From assembly GCF_009834535.1 (NCBI RefSeq), contig NC_045696.1, positions 12,774,001-12,838,000 of the forward strand: DNA of 64,000 nucleotides, read 5' to 3'. Within the stretch, counting starts at the first letter, position 1, and each line of letters opens with the position of its first letter. Positions 1 to 14,130 of the stretch are shown piece by piece. The notes beneath the pieces were generated by a model. It was not told the DNA's origin and did not search any database. It was given only the letters and a program-made list of their open reading frames with translations. The position numbers were made by a program, and so were the translations under genes. The stretch is from Camelus ferus (taxonomy: Eukaryota).

Positions 1-1059
1 CTTACAATCTATATATTGGTACATAGCAATGTATTATTAAAATAACGTACAAAAACTAAAAAAAGTTTTAGTAGTTGAGACCTGCTAAAAGTAACATGTG
101 CATCATCTGATCCCTCTGGTGGCCTCTAGGGATGTTAGTCTCATGTTCTGTGAGATATTTCATCCAAATCTGAAGTGGCAGGGGGAAATCAGAAACAAAA
201 TGAACAGCTGACCCATCTGGCTGTGTGGTAGCAGTAGAGGAAAGACTGGCATTTCCAGGGCAACTGAAGGGCAGTGGGGAGGTGGGCAGCAGGAAGGAAC
301 TCTCAGGAGGCACATAAGGTTTGCATTCAATATAGGCAATGTACTATGAGTACCATTTGGATTCTTATTTGTGTTTATGTTTAAGATCTATCCACATTGC
401 CTTGTTAGTTTCTTTTGATTTCTACCTAGTATTGGATAATACGTAGCATAATGTACTTACTGATTCACTTAGTGATGGGCACATAGGTTGCCTCCAACAT
501 TTTACTGAGATAAACAATGCATTGTGTCCCCTCCACCCCGTTCCTCTAACCAAGTCTGACTCCAAGGAATACTCAACACATGGTACCAACCTGAGTGCTG
601 GCAATTAGTAAATATTTAATAAGCACTTTTGGGACTGATTTATGGAGGGCCTCAAAAACCAGATAGTGTGTTGATTTGATTATAGGTCAATTTGCTGAAA
701 ATAGATTTACAAAAAGTCATTTCCACAATGAAAACCCTGTCCAAATCCAATTTGCCAAAAACGAATGCTCTTAATTACCAATTCGATGAATAGCTGGGCC
801 TTGTTAAAAAGTTTGAGCTCTGCTTGTGCTTCAGAGCCTTCTGTGAGGCAAGCCAAGGGGCAGAGTGTAAGTATACAGAAATAGAGATAAACTGCAAACT
901 CCAATTTAAGAAAAATTTCCCCTATCTTTCTATTAAATGGCTGGGGTAGATGCAAAACTAATGCTTTGAGAAAAAGCTCTTCATCAAGCTGGCTTTCCAC
1001 TGCTAGTAACAGGCAAAGAAATACAAATAAAACTGGTTTTATTTCATAATAAGCTGTCT

Positions 1060-1410
1060 AGAGATAGGCAGGGGCTGGTGTTGGGTCAGTAGCTCAACAA
1101 CATGAAGACTGGCATCTCTGTGGCTCTCTTGACCCTTCCTTCCCTCCTGGTTGAAAGGACTACTGCAGATTCAGCCATCACTTTGGTGTGTGTGACAGAG
1201 AGAGAAGAGGTGTCCTGACTGCATCAATCATTTTAATCAGGAAAACAAAAGTTTTCCCAGAAGTTCCTTGGCCAAAGCTGTGTCCCTAGGCCACCCTAGC
1301 TGCAAGAGAGGCTGAGAGAGTGAGCATTTATCCTTTCCAGCTTCTTTAGTGGCAGCAGATAGAGGAGAAGGGGGTTGAGAATAGGTGGCAATTTGGACCA
1401 CCAATATTAT
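1060..1410. mobile_element. MLT1-like (ERVL-MaLR) LTR remnant
   Basis: TTGGCCAAAGCTGTGTCCCTAGGCCACCCTAGCTGCAAGAGAGGCTGAGA. Confidence 0.55.
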
Positions 1411-1689
1411 CTTCCTCAAATATAATTAACCTCTCTTTCAAAATAAGTAGTTTATATGTTGAGAAATTTCTATCAACAATTTTAAGATTATAATTTAAAA
1501 TTCACTTCTTCATTCAGTCATGACATATTTTTAACACATGTATTTCAGCTATACTACTTTTCCTCTTTTTTCCCCCATAACATTCTAGAATGGAACTGAA
1601 GTAAAATGACTTAATCTTTCAAGAAAGAGTGGGGAAAAAATCAAAAGACTAACAGTGACAAAACGCTTTTCAACTACTCCTCTGCTCAG

Positions 1690-3508
<1,819 letters not shown>

Positions 3509-5394
3509 TCACAAAATATGAAATGTAGTCATTTTCCTGTTATTCTACTTTCAGATGTAATATGCTGAGGACTCAAATGATGGGACAATCCAATGAGAGC
3601 CATAAAACCCTCATAACAACCAGGCACCAAATTCCTCAGGATAGAGGTAGTTGGTGTGGCATCTTGAGCTACCACAGTGAGCAATTTCACTGAAGTAAAC
3701 TAACTGTGTAGTCAAAAACCACATCAATGATACAACTAGGAATGAAGCTCTGTTACCTTGGAAACATAGAATGAAAAGAATAAGTAAGAGAGAGAGTTAA
3801 GTGGATGGTTAATTTTTTTTCTCTCTTAATGACCATTAGCTTCTAAAAAGCAGAAGAATGTGAAAAAGAGAAAATAAAGGCTAATTATCCCACAGCTCAA
3901 GTACACAATTATAAAATTCAAATGGTAGAGAAAGGTTAAAAGAATGTCTTTCTGGCTGGTGAGCATTTCCCCATCTGTCTAAGTCCCCAATCTAAGGAAG
4001 AGTTGTTGGTGTTTTGGAAACAGAACATTTTAAGCATTACACATATACATGTATGGGAAATACATGCTGGTATAATGTGTAAATACATGTACAGACTGAA
4101 ATATATAATTAAAATGTATCTGCAAGAGATCATATATACACATATTTTTCCCCTACTTCCTACCCCTCTTCTCCCCCAAGTATATTTTGGATATTTATTC
4201 ACTGTCAGCATGTAGTGATCTATCTTACTACATTCTTTATAGTGGTTGACTGTCATGCTGAATCATATAGATATGTCATAATTTAATGCATTCTTTACCT
4301 ATTGTTGGGCACTTGGGTTGTTTCCACATGTTTGCTATTATGTACAATTCTACAATGGAAGTTTGTGTATGTATATATACAGAGTTCAGTGAACTGTGAA
4401 TACTGCTTATTCAAGGGATAAGTTTGTAGAGATGGCTTGTTGGATCAACAGGTACAATATTTTAAGATATTGCCTAGCCGCCTTCCAGAAAGTTATTACA
4501 TGGAAGTTTAAAATTTTTACATAGTCCCCCCTTTAAAAAAAGTCTAAATACATAATCTTTTTAGGGTGTTTTATATCTGTGTGTGTCATTTGTGAGTTTT
4601 TATTTTTAAGGAGGCAAACTCACCAGCCTTTTCTGGACTTCTGGACTTTGAATCTTTGTTAAAAAAGTCTTCCCCACTCCAAGGTTATAAAGGTTACTAA
4701 GATGCTAATCAAATTAGGATTTAAATTTTTTTAATAATTTGATAAATTGATTTTAATTTCATTTGCAAGAAAAAGTGTGGGGATTTCTAATAAAACATGG
4801 AGGCTGAGCACATGTATTTATTTCTTTTTCTCTCTTTCCACCCCATTTAAATGAGAGTAAAGAAATAAGTTCTTAAACACAAAGGAAGAGGAAATAATAG
4901 ATAAAAGCTTGGAAGATGGAAAGGGGTGAATGAGTTATAACTAACTTAGATTTCCGCTTTCTTCCTTCTATTAACTACTTGGTCAGGTGGGGAAGAGAGC
5001 TGCAGAACTTCGGAAAAGCTAAGAACTATCAACACCAGGTACCTTAGAAAACAGCAGTGTGTATGTAATAGAGAACATGAATTTATTGAAAGTCTAGAGG
5101 TCTGACATGGACCTGACATGGGGCTGATACTGACACTGTGGTGGGGTCCTTGCTACTGCCTAGCAGGGAGGAAGGTCCTGGAGGTCCCAACTTAAGATTT
5201 TTTGACACCTTCTTGACAAGGGGTTAGCATTAGGTTCTTATTACATACAGCTCAATAAAGGTGAAGTCTAGGCTCCCTTTGCTGGTGTGGGTGAGAGAGA
5301 AGCCACAGTGTTTTCTGTGGGATTTGCCTGGTGCAGAGCATTTATTATTTAAATGCTTTCTGTCTTGCTAGGCTGCACCTTTCTTGATACTTTT

Positions 5395-5711
5395 TAATTC
5401 TAAAACAACGTATATACCTTAATTAAGAAACACTTTGTTGCTAAAAAATGCTAACCATTATCTGAGTCTTTAGAAGGTCATAATCTTTTTGCAATAGTAA
5501 CACCAAAGATCACTGATCACAGATCACCATAAGAAGTATAATAATAATGAAAAGTTTTTAAATATTGTGAGAATTACCAAAATGTGACACAGACACAAAG
5601 TGAGCTAATGTTGTTGGAAAAAATGGACAGACTTGCTCAAGGGTTGCCACAAAAACACAGTATCTGCAAAGTGCAATAAAGTCAAGTGCAATAAAACGAG
5701 ATTTGCCCGTA
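5395..5711 (-). mobile_element. Tigger1-derived fragment (one end)
   Basis: ...GCAATAAAACGAGATTTGCCCG|TA terminus; homologous to the 35658-36098 element. Confidence 0.8.
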
Positions 5712-7542
5712 TATCCAAGTAGTAAAAAATTATGAGATAATGTAAAAAATGTATATTGACATTGACATTCATGATATGTGTGGTTACCTAAAAAGTAGAC
5801 TGTAGGACAATACAAATAATTATAAATTTACTATTCATTCTTATACCGTCACACATACGTGAAAAAATCAGAGAATTCACCAAACTGTTAAGTTGGCTAA
5901 ATTTGGGTAGAAGGCAGAAGAGAAGGACTTCCGCTTTTCAATTTATATGCTTCTATATTGTTCCATGTTTCATGATTAGCATGTAGTACTTCTAAACTCA
6001 GCAGAAAAAAAGGAGAGTTATACTTCTGAAAAACAAAGCTCAATCCCATTGCTGCAGAGGACAACATGGCTTACCTTCTCACAGAGAATTTACTCTGTGA
6101 AATCCAACACCATTATTAAGGTTAGTGCTGTCTTCACAGAACTCTTTCTCGTCTTTGGTAAAGGTTTATCGAGCAGCTATTGTGTGTAGAGCTTCACTCC
6201 TCATTCCTTCTTGGAACTTTCTATTTACTCTGAAGATCAGGACTTATATCTAATAAAATATAGAACAACAAAGGTAAATGACCAGTATAGGTATTATCAT
6301 GGGGATTAAGTGTGGGCATGATCAGTGAAATGGGGCATCAGGAAAGATTTGAGGAAGGTGGCGGGCTTTGAGTTGAGCCTTGAAGGACGGGTCAGACTTA
6401 GACAAGGGAAGGAGGCGGCATAGTGGAGAAAGGAGAAAGGTCTGCAAGGCAGGAAAGCACCAGAACAACAGCACAGACTGAACCTGTCCCTTCTTCACAA
6501 GGCCAAATACCAAGGCCTAATTCAGGGACTCGTCATTTGGACTAGTTACTTCCTGTTTGTCCCCGAAACTCATTCTAGGCCCTTCTTTTCCCTGCCCTGG
6601 ACTCTGGGCAGCTGACCTCCACAGCCTACAGCACCCAACTCTGCCTTTCTTGTGCTTGAGTTTAGCTAATGCCCCAGCAGGAAGTGAGAAGCTGGGAGGA
6701 GAAAGAGGCTGGGTACCTTTCTTCACTACTCCTTCCCTGCTTTGCTGGGATTCTGACAATGGTTGTGACCTCCTAAGGCCTCCTAAGAGCAGCTCTTCTT
6801 TCTCAGCTCCAGCAGAACTTTCAGCGTAGTTATAGTCATGGCTCACTTAAACCTGGCCACACCTTTGTAAATAACTCCTTTATTACACAGTCTCTTCAAA
6901 GTTTCAAAGTGCAGTGTGTGTCTGTTTCCTTCCAGAACCTTGACTCCTCTTACCTGGACTCTGCCTCTAATATCTCTCCATCAACCATCAACTCACACTC
7001 CACATTGCCATTATACTGATCATACACATTGTCTAATAGAAGTAGGCTGAGACAACCTAGAGAGCACCAACTATCCATTAGGAAAACCCACATAATTGGT
7101 GATTGAGCAACAGTGTTGTGGTCTGGGAGGATGAGGTGGGGGTGTGTTAGGTTCCCGGAGGGAAGACATACTGGCTGATGACCCTGACAACTTGCCAATG
7201 GAGTGAACTGATCCCAGTTCACCATCTGGCAGTTAGTTTCACAGACTCAGTAGCACAAAATGCCAGCACATTGAACGTGGATCCACTTCCCAAAGGCTGC
7301 CTTGCATAATCCATCATCAAGCCCTCTAAGAACATGTCTGTTTATTCAAGTCTTTATTTCATCAAATGTAGTTGGGTCATTTCCTTAATATCAGAAAATG
7401 GTATTTGGTCAACAGTGTAGCTAGTTCACCGTATGGTACTTTTAAGAAGCAAAAAAAGTTCTTCCACTTAAAAAGAAATACAAATTACTCAGAGGTATCA
7501 GATCAGTAGCTGCAATGGGTCCTTCCAAAACACACCAAAGTT

Positions 7543-7671
7543 GGGGGAAGGGTATAGCTCAGTGGTAGAGTGCATGCTTAGCCTGCATGAGGTCCTGGGT
7601 TCAATCCCCAGTGCCTCCATTAAAAACAAACAAACAAACCTAATCACCCCTCAAAATAAAACATATTTTAA
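7543..7671 (+). mobile_element. tRNA-Ala-derived SINE (camelid Vic-1-like) with 14-bp TSD
   Basis: GGGTATAGCTCAGTGGTAGAG...GGTTCAATCCC...CCTCCA head, A-rich tail, TSD AAAACACACCAAAG at 7527-7540 and 7672-7685. Confidence 0.9.
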
Positions 7672-8524
7672 AAAACACACCAAAGATTATGGGAATGATC
7701 AATGTGGTGGGGTGTTAATTAATGTGGTGACTTCATCAGGATTCACTGGACACAAATTAGGAAACTATGAAGCAGTCAGTCTTGCACACATTGGGATGTC
7801 TCCACACACTGGAGTATAAACCAATGCCAACACCTCGTCATTCCTATCCCAGTGTATTTTCAACTTATGTCCTTAAAAACACCTTACCAGGGTGTCAATG
7901 CCATGCTAGGGAAAAAAAAATACTACATACAGCATTTTGTGCTTATTTAAGTCCTTGAAATGATGAATGACACAAATTTCAATAGGTTTCTTTAGGGTGA
8001 CCATGGGTCATCCTATTGTCCTGACTGGTTTAGTATTTCTTAGGCAAAAGTGATCCCATTTGGACAATAAATTATACAGTATACTTTTTTGTGTGTGGTT
8101 TCTCTGAGTCTTTATTGTTGGATGCCAATATGCACCATGGATTTCTAAGAGGGGGGTTTAGTATGCACAGTATCCCAAACCTGTCTGATCTCGAGACATT
8201 TTCTTCCAGACTTAATATTAGCTCTTCTCTACAATTAGAGCCGCACACTCTTCCCTCCTTTAAACACAGTATTTGCTGAACTCTCCAGTGACTTCACGTA
8301 TTTCTATATTCTACTGTTTTCACTTGACATCCTAACTTAGGAATTTGCTGTTATTTAAAAAAAATCTTCACAAATATTTAAAATTCCTGAATTACTGAAA
8401 TTCCATAAATGCCTTTTACAGTTGTGTTGGAGTTGAGGAAACTAGGAAACAACTCTTTAGATAGTTATTAGAGGAGGTGAACTTGCTTTGGTTTTTCATC
8501 ATCATGTTTTAAGAACGTACCCTG

Positions 8525-8730
8525 TGACCAGACTGCCAAGATGCAACTCCTGGCTCTGCCACTTATCAACTGTGTGACCTTAGGCAGGTGGCTTAATTTT
8601 CTGTGCCTCAGTTTCCTCATTTCCAAAATGGGAATGACAGGTTTGCAGTTGAGGATTAAATGAGGATGTGTGGAAAGTGATTAAAACAGTGCCTGGTAAC
8701 AGAGTATGTGCCGTCAGAGTGCTTGTTATT
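8525..8730 (+). mobile_element. MIR SINE
   Basis: CTGGCTCTGCCACTTA...TGTGTGACCTTAGGCA...CTGTGCCTCAGTTTCCTCAT...GAGGATTAAATGAG. Confidence 0.8.
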
Positions 8731-8959
8731 ACTGTATTGTAAGTATTGATATTATTATTATACTCATTCAAGAAATGTTTCTTGAGCATCTATTGTGTAC
8801 CAAAAACTGAGATTATAAAAACAGACAGAAGTAACAAAAAAAACTGCTGTCAGATTTAATCTAGTGAGAGAAGACCATGACAACAAAAAGCACACACATA
8901 TATATGTCTAGTGAATAACAGTTATAAAGAAGATAAAGAGGATAAGGTGTAAGTTGGGG

Positions 8960-9800
8960 GGGTGGGCATGGTTCAATTTTACATGGGGTTTTCAGGGCTG
9001 GCCTCTCTGCTACCATGACTGAAGGGAAGAGACTTGAAGGCACTAAAGAAGAAAGCCATGTGTTTATCTGGGCAGAAAAGTTTTCAAGGAAAAAGCAATA
9101 GCATGTTCAAAGTCCATGAAGCAGGACAGTGCTACACCAGGTGGCTAGAGCAGAGTGAGCAGGAGCAGGGTTTTAGGAGACAAGGTTAAAGAGGAAATAA
9201 GGGGCAGTTTATGTTGGAACTCTTAGGGCATGGCCAGGATTTGAGAATTTATCCTGATATGGAAGGCCACTGGGGGGGGGGGGTTGACTAACTGCTGAGA
9301 ACAGTGTAGGGGAACAAGGATGAAAACAGGGTGACCAGGCAGGCACTACAATAATTGGAGGAGAGATGATGGTGGCTTGGATTAGGGTGTGGTGGTCAAG
9401 GTGGTGAGCAACTGTTCATGTTATGGACATAGAGGAAAAGCAGAACCAACAGGATCATTGATGAATTATACATGTGATATGTAAGAATAACTCTAAGGCT
9501 TTGAGAAACTGGAAGCATAGATTTGTGATTTACTTAGATGGGGAAGATGGTGGAAATCTGAAGCGTGGTTTTAGACATACGAGGTAACCCAGTGCCTTTT
9601 AAGACATCTGTTAAGCAGAGATGTCCAGCAGACAGTTGGATGTAAAATTATGGCATTTATAGGAGATCTGGCTGGACATAAAATTTAGGAAGTAATCAAC
9701 ATCTATTTTAAAACATGTTTGTTTAGTCACTCAGGGAGTGAGTGAATTTGGGAGAAGCCCTTATTAAGTTTAGAGGTCTAGAAGATGAAATGGAAGCAGC
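8960..9800 (-). mobile_element. L2 LINE remnant
   Basis: GAGAGATGATGGTGGCTTGGA...CAGTTGGATGTA...GAGATCTGGCTGGACATAAAATTTAGGA, typical antisense L2 purine-rich pattern. Confidence 0.6.
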
Positions 9801-10019
9801 AAAGTATGTGATCATGGGACGCAGGGGTGGACAACTACGGGAGTGAGGTCACAAGTGACTTGTCAAATTACTTTCGTAGATGAGATTTCAGCCCCAGAAA
9901 CACCTTTAAGAGAATTTTCTAACTCAGGATTTTAGTAAATGCTGTAAGAAGGCAGAACGTAACTTTAATTCCCTAATCGGAATCCTTTTTCGTCTTTTTT
10001 TTTTTTAATCAAAGGGCAG

Positions 10020-10620
10020 AGCGGGTCTGGCAGCCTAAGTCCTTACATTCGCTAAGATGCCGGGGCCACTACAGAAGCCCGGTGCGCAAGCGCCGTTGCC
10101 CCTAACAACTGACAAGGTCGTGGGGGTGAGGTGGGCGGGGCCAGGAAACCCCGAAATCGGCTCTAACCAAAGAGCAGTGAGCAGCCGTAGGAAGGCGGCG
10201 CCAACAACTCGCCAAATTCCTGGGAGGTGGAAGGGCCCCGGCGGCGTCAGAGCCCCTAGTCCCGCTGGGCACCAGTGGACAGAAGACTCACCTCGAGACA
10301 TGGACCCCACCGGTGCTGTAAGCCCGGGTTTCCTGGCTGCGCGGGCAGCTCAGTTCTCATCCGGAGGAAGCCTCAGAACTCTAGGCCTGGCTAACCAGGC
10401 GCCTACAAACCGCTCTGACCGGCAGCCTAGGGAACATGAGACAGCGCACTGCCGGGATGGCGCATGCGCGCTCGCGGCGCCGCGCGTCCCGGAAGGCGGA
10501 GCAGCGACCCCAGGGATTCCTGGGCCCCTTTTCGTGCTTGTCAGTCGCAGAGTTTTTATTCTACCCCACTGGCGTTTCCCGGCTGCTGCCACTGAGAAGC
10601 ACCCGGCATGTTTCCTGGGT
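10020..10620 (-). promoter_or_regulatory. CpG-island promoter of RWDD2B
   Basis: GC/CpG-rich; NRF1-like GCGCATGCGC at about 10460-10469; ETS-like CCGGAAG at about 10489-10495. Confidence 0.8.
10292..10440 (-). other. RWDD2B: RWDD2B exon 1 (5' UTR containing an upstream ATG at 10360); 5' end approximate
   Basis: Donor GAG|gtgagt at 10292/10291 inside a CpG island. The ATG frame MRTELPAQPGNPG resembles the human N-terminus MKIELSMQPWNPG as recalled. Confidence 0.8.
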
Positions 10621-11249
10621 CAGGGAATGGTCCATTAAAGTAACGCTCCTCAAATATGAACTTATGCGGGGTCTGTCAGGAATCTTGGTATAAGATCTGG
10701 ATTCGGTAGGTAGCTGTGGGGTCCTACGTTTTGCATGCCTAAGATCTTCCCAAGCTGTAGCGATCCTGCTGGTCCCTGTACAACACTGAGTGGCAGGGTA
10801 TTAGGGAAAGGCGAGTGTGGATAGTGGCCGTGGCAACCTTAGGAAAGACCCTGTGTATGCACAGAAATTTATCCTGGCTAATAAAAGGACAGTTTGAAGG
10901 CAATTCCAACACGAGAGCAATTAGCAATGTTTTTCTTCACAATCTAAATAATGCACTTTTGGGGGGTTACGTATTCATTGTAGAAATCTCAAAGATAAGA
11001 TACATAAACACTGATACTCAATGATGTCAGGTACTGTCATTGCTAACTTCGCATTTTTTTTTAAACGAAAGTGAGATGAGTGCAAATGTCTTCATAGCTG
11101 CATCTTCTACTTGGTGTCTTGTGAACATTTTTCAACGTCATTATATACTTCTTTTTCCTCCAACTTTTATGAAAAATTCCAAGCATACAGCAAAGTTGAG
11201 AGAATTCAACATTGAAGCAGTGGAGCAATTCACAAGGGAAGGAGAAGGA

Positions 11250-11437
11250 GGGAAGTGATTTTGCTCCCCAAGGGACTTTTGGTAATGCTTGAAGACATTT
11301 TGGGTTGTCACAATTGGAAGGGTGCTTTTGGCATCTAATGGAGAGAGCCCAGGGATGCTGCTCAACTTCCCACAAGGCACAGGGCATCCCCCTACAACAA
11401 AAAATCCGCTGGTCCAAAACGTCCGTAGTGCTGACCT
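11250..11437 (+). mobile_element. MER20-like hAT DNA transposon
   Basis: GTGATTTTGCTCCCC...GACATTTTGGGTTGTCACAA...GGCATCTA...CAGGGATGCTGCT...GTCCAAAACGTC. Confidence 0.75.
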
Positions 11438-11589
11438 AGATATTATCATAGTATTTTGCTCCACCAGCTTTGACATATATCTAATTCATCCATCAGTGCC
11501 AACTATTTTGATGAATTGCAAAGTAAACTGCAGACGTTAAGTATACTTCTCCAGATGTACTTCAGCATGCATAATGTTAGGATTCAAAT

Positions 11590-12060
11590 TGCTTTTTTTC
11601 TTTTGAAGTAAAAATGAAGTGTGCATCTTAAATGCATATTTGCTGAGTTTTGACAAATGCATACACCTGTGTAACTCAAATCCTATTAAGATACAGAGCA
11701 TTACCAGCACTCCAGGATGTTCTGCCATGCTTCTTCCCAGTCAGTCCCCACCCCAGCCCCAAAAGGCAACCACTGCTGATTTTTTCCCCACCATAATTAG
11801 TTTTGCTTGTCCTAGAACTTCATAGGGGTAGAATCAGGCAGTGGGTACTTTTGTATAAGGCTTCTTTCAGTGTACTATTTTAAAGATTTATCCATGTTTT
11901 TGTGTATATAAGTAGTATCTTTTTATTGCTTAGTGGTTCCATTGAGTGACTATACTACAGTTCTTCCATTCTTCTTTTGATGGAAATATGGGCTGTTTCC
12001 AGCTTTTTGGCTATTATAAGTAAGGCTGCTATGAACATTCTTGTACATGCATTTTATTTC
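11590..12060 (-). mobile_element. Old L1M LINE 3' fragment
   Basis: GAGTTTTGACAAATGCATACACCTGTGTAAC...GGCTGCTATGAACATTCTTGTACA. Confidence 0.7.
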
Positions 12061-12536
12061 TCATGACTATATTTCTTCAATAAGTATTTATTAAGCACTT
12101 AATATGTTCCAAACACTTCTAGGTACTAGAGATATAGCCATGAACAAGACAAAGATGTCCCATCTCTCAAAGAGCTTACATTTCTTGTTTCTATGTATTT
12201 ATGGGGACAGGCAGTTAGGGAGGGGAAAGGGATAAATATATAGGTAAATACAAAAGAAAAATACCAGATAGTGATCATTGCTGGACAGAGAAGTAAAATA
12301 AAGTGATGTGAGTGACTGGGTGGCTATGTTACGTAGGTTGCTCTGCCAATTTCTTTAGAGAAAGTGACTTTTCAGCATTCTAGGTAGAGGAAGCAGGTGG
12401 TGAAATGGTCCTAAGGCTCTGTTTTAGAGTAGGAAGAAAAATGCCTGTGGGCTGAGTGAGCTTAAAAAATATCAGAAGTAAAATGCAGGAGAACCAGTCT
12501 ACCCATCCCCCTCCATTTCACCATTGTTATTCTGGC

Positions 12537-12997
12537 TGTGAAGGAAGAGCTGGGCTGGGCTAACTCGTAAATCTAAGTGTAACAAGTGTCGGATTACTGA
12601 TCTGAGTTCTGCTGGGCTAACTCATAAATCTAAGTTAATAAGTGTCGGTTTGCTGATTCCCTGCTCATGTTTTTTGTTTGTTTGTTTGTTTTTGTTTTGT
12701 TTTGTTTTGTTTTGGCTAGCCAGCTGGATTTTCAGAGAAACACATCTGGCCTTGAAATGTTGGTTTTCTGCCTCCCTGCCTCTACTTTTGTGATAAACAC
12801 GCTGCTAAAGCTGTTCCATGCCTATTGGCTGAATACCCCAACCTTGTAATTAACCCTATAAAACCTCATGCACACGTTTTGGAGGTGCTCAGAGCTTCGG
12901 AGCAGAAGCATCTCTGAGCCTGCTGGTGTAATAAATCTGAGTACTCCATCCCTCAGAGTGGTGCTTGTTTCTTGGCTGGCCTGTCGTTTCCATAACA
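12537..12997 (+). mobile_element. Solo LTR, ERV1 class
   Basis: TG...CA termini, 4-bp TSD TGGC (12533-12536 and 12998-13001), TATAAAA at 12857, AATAAA at 12930. Confidence 0.85.
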
Positions 12998-13509
12998 TGG
13001 CCAGTTTAACAGGTTAAGATGCCACTTTCTTAACCTCCTTTTACATGATTACTAATAAGGATGAACGTTTCTTCATATCATGTTCTTTTATTGTCAATTA
13101 CTTGTTTATACCCCTTGCCTTTTCTATTGGCACCTCCATCTTTTTTTTTCCTAACGATTATTTTGTCTTCTGCATGAGACTAAACTCCAGGTTGAGAAGG
13201 CCTACGTTTATTTAATACACTTCAGAGGGCTTGGGACTCACGTATTTTGAACAAGTAAACTGTAAATATTTGTCAATTTTACCCTCTGACCGCACGGTTA
13301 GTTTAAGACAATTTACATACTCAACTTTATAAGTCGATAGGCCAGAACTAGGGAATCTGCGTGAAATTTAAATGCCCCCCCCCCCTTATTCAGGCTTCAC
13401 ATGTGATGTGTTTGAGTAAGGTAATCAACCAGGACACTCCAAACCACCAGGCACTCATACAGTAGAAGCATTTAAATAACCCCCTAATGACACAAGAGCA
13501 AAGAAAACT

Positions 13510-14130
13510 CAATGCCGGCAGACTTCCGGGTGCTGTCGCATCTAGACTTCCGGCGTGAGCCACGCGCAGGCGCCAATTAACTAGCGTTAGTGCCTCCGGA
13601 CCCTAGGGCCAAAGCCTCTTCCCACAATGCCGCATACCGGAAGTTGTTGCTTTCTAGGGGTCACGCTGGCTTTGGCTCTGTCGCTCTCTATTCGTCACTG
13701 GGAAGAAGACGGAGCTGGCTGCCCAGCCCAAAGGCCCATTAGGGGATGCAGTTATGGGCGCTGTTGCCGTGGGTGAGTTCTGCTCTCACTGCCTCGCAGT
13801 CACCACCCTCATGACTTCCTGCTCACCGGGAGCCCGAAATTCCTGCCCCAACCTTGTTTTCTTCTCGAGGGCCCCTCTTCCTTAAGCACGTTACCGGGCC
13901 TCGGCCCTGTACCGCGTTCTCATTGGCTTCGTGTCCTGTCAGTTCCAGGAGCTGGCCAATGAGTTGCCGGTGCTGGAGCCCTTCTCGACCCCGTGGACCC
14001 CGAGGTTCCCCCGTGGGTGCGGAGCAGTTGGAAGCGAAGGAGAGGTGTGGCGGGCGCCACGCGGCCAGGAGCACCATACGGGTGGGGGCTGGATTTGCTG
14101 CCGCCCCCGTGTGGTGGTTGGTACGACACG
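13510..14130 (+). promoter_or_regulatory. CpG-island promoter of USP16
   Basis: ETS/GABP motifs ACTTCCGG at 13522-13529 and 13546-13553, ACCGGAAGT at 13636-13644; ZNF143-like TTCCCACAATGC at 13619-13630; CpG-rich. Confidence 0.8.
13650..13772 (+). other. USP16: USP16 exon 1 (5' UTR); 5' end approximate
   Basis: Donor GTGG|gtgagt at 13772/13773 just downstream of the promoter motifs. Confidence 0.75.

Noticed and set aside
7550..7619. Apparent tRNA-Ala(AGC) gene
   Set aside because: It is followed by an A-rich tail, flanked by a TSD, lacks an immediate oligo-T terminator and has a second diverged copy at 54236, so it is a SINE.
10057..10638. 193-aa plus-strand ORF
   Set aside because: It lies antisense across the GC-rich RWDD2B promoter, where stops are rare, and resembles no known protein.
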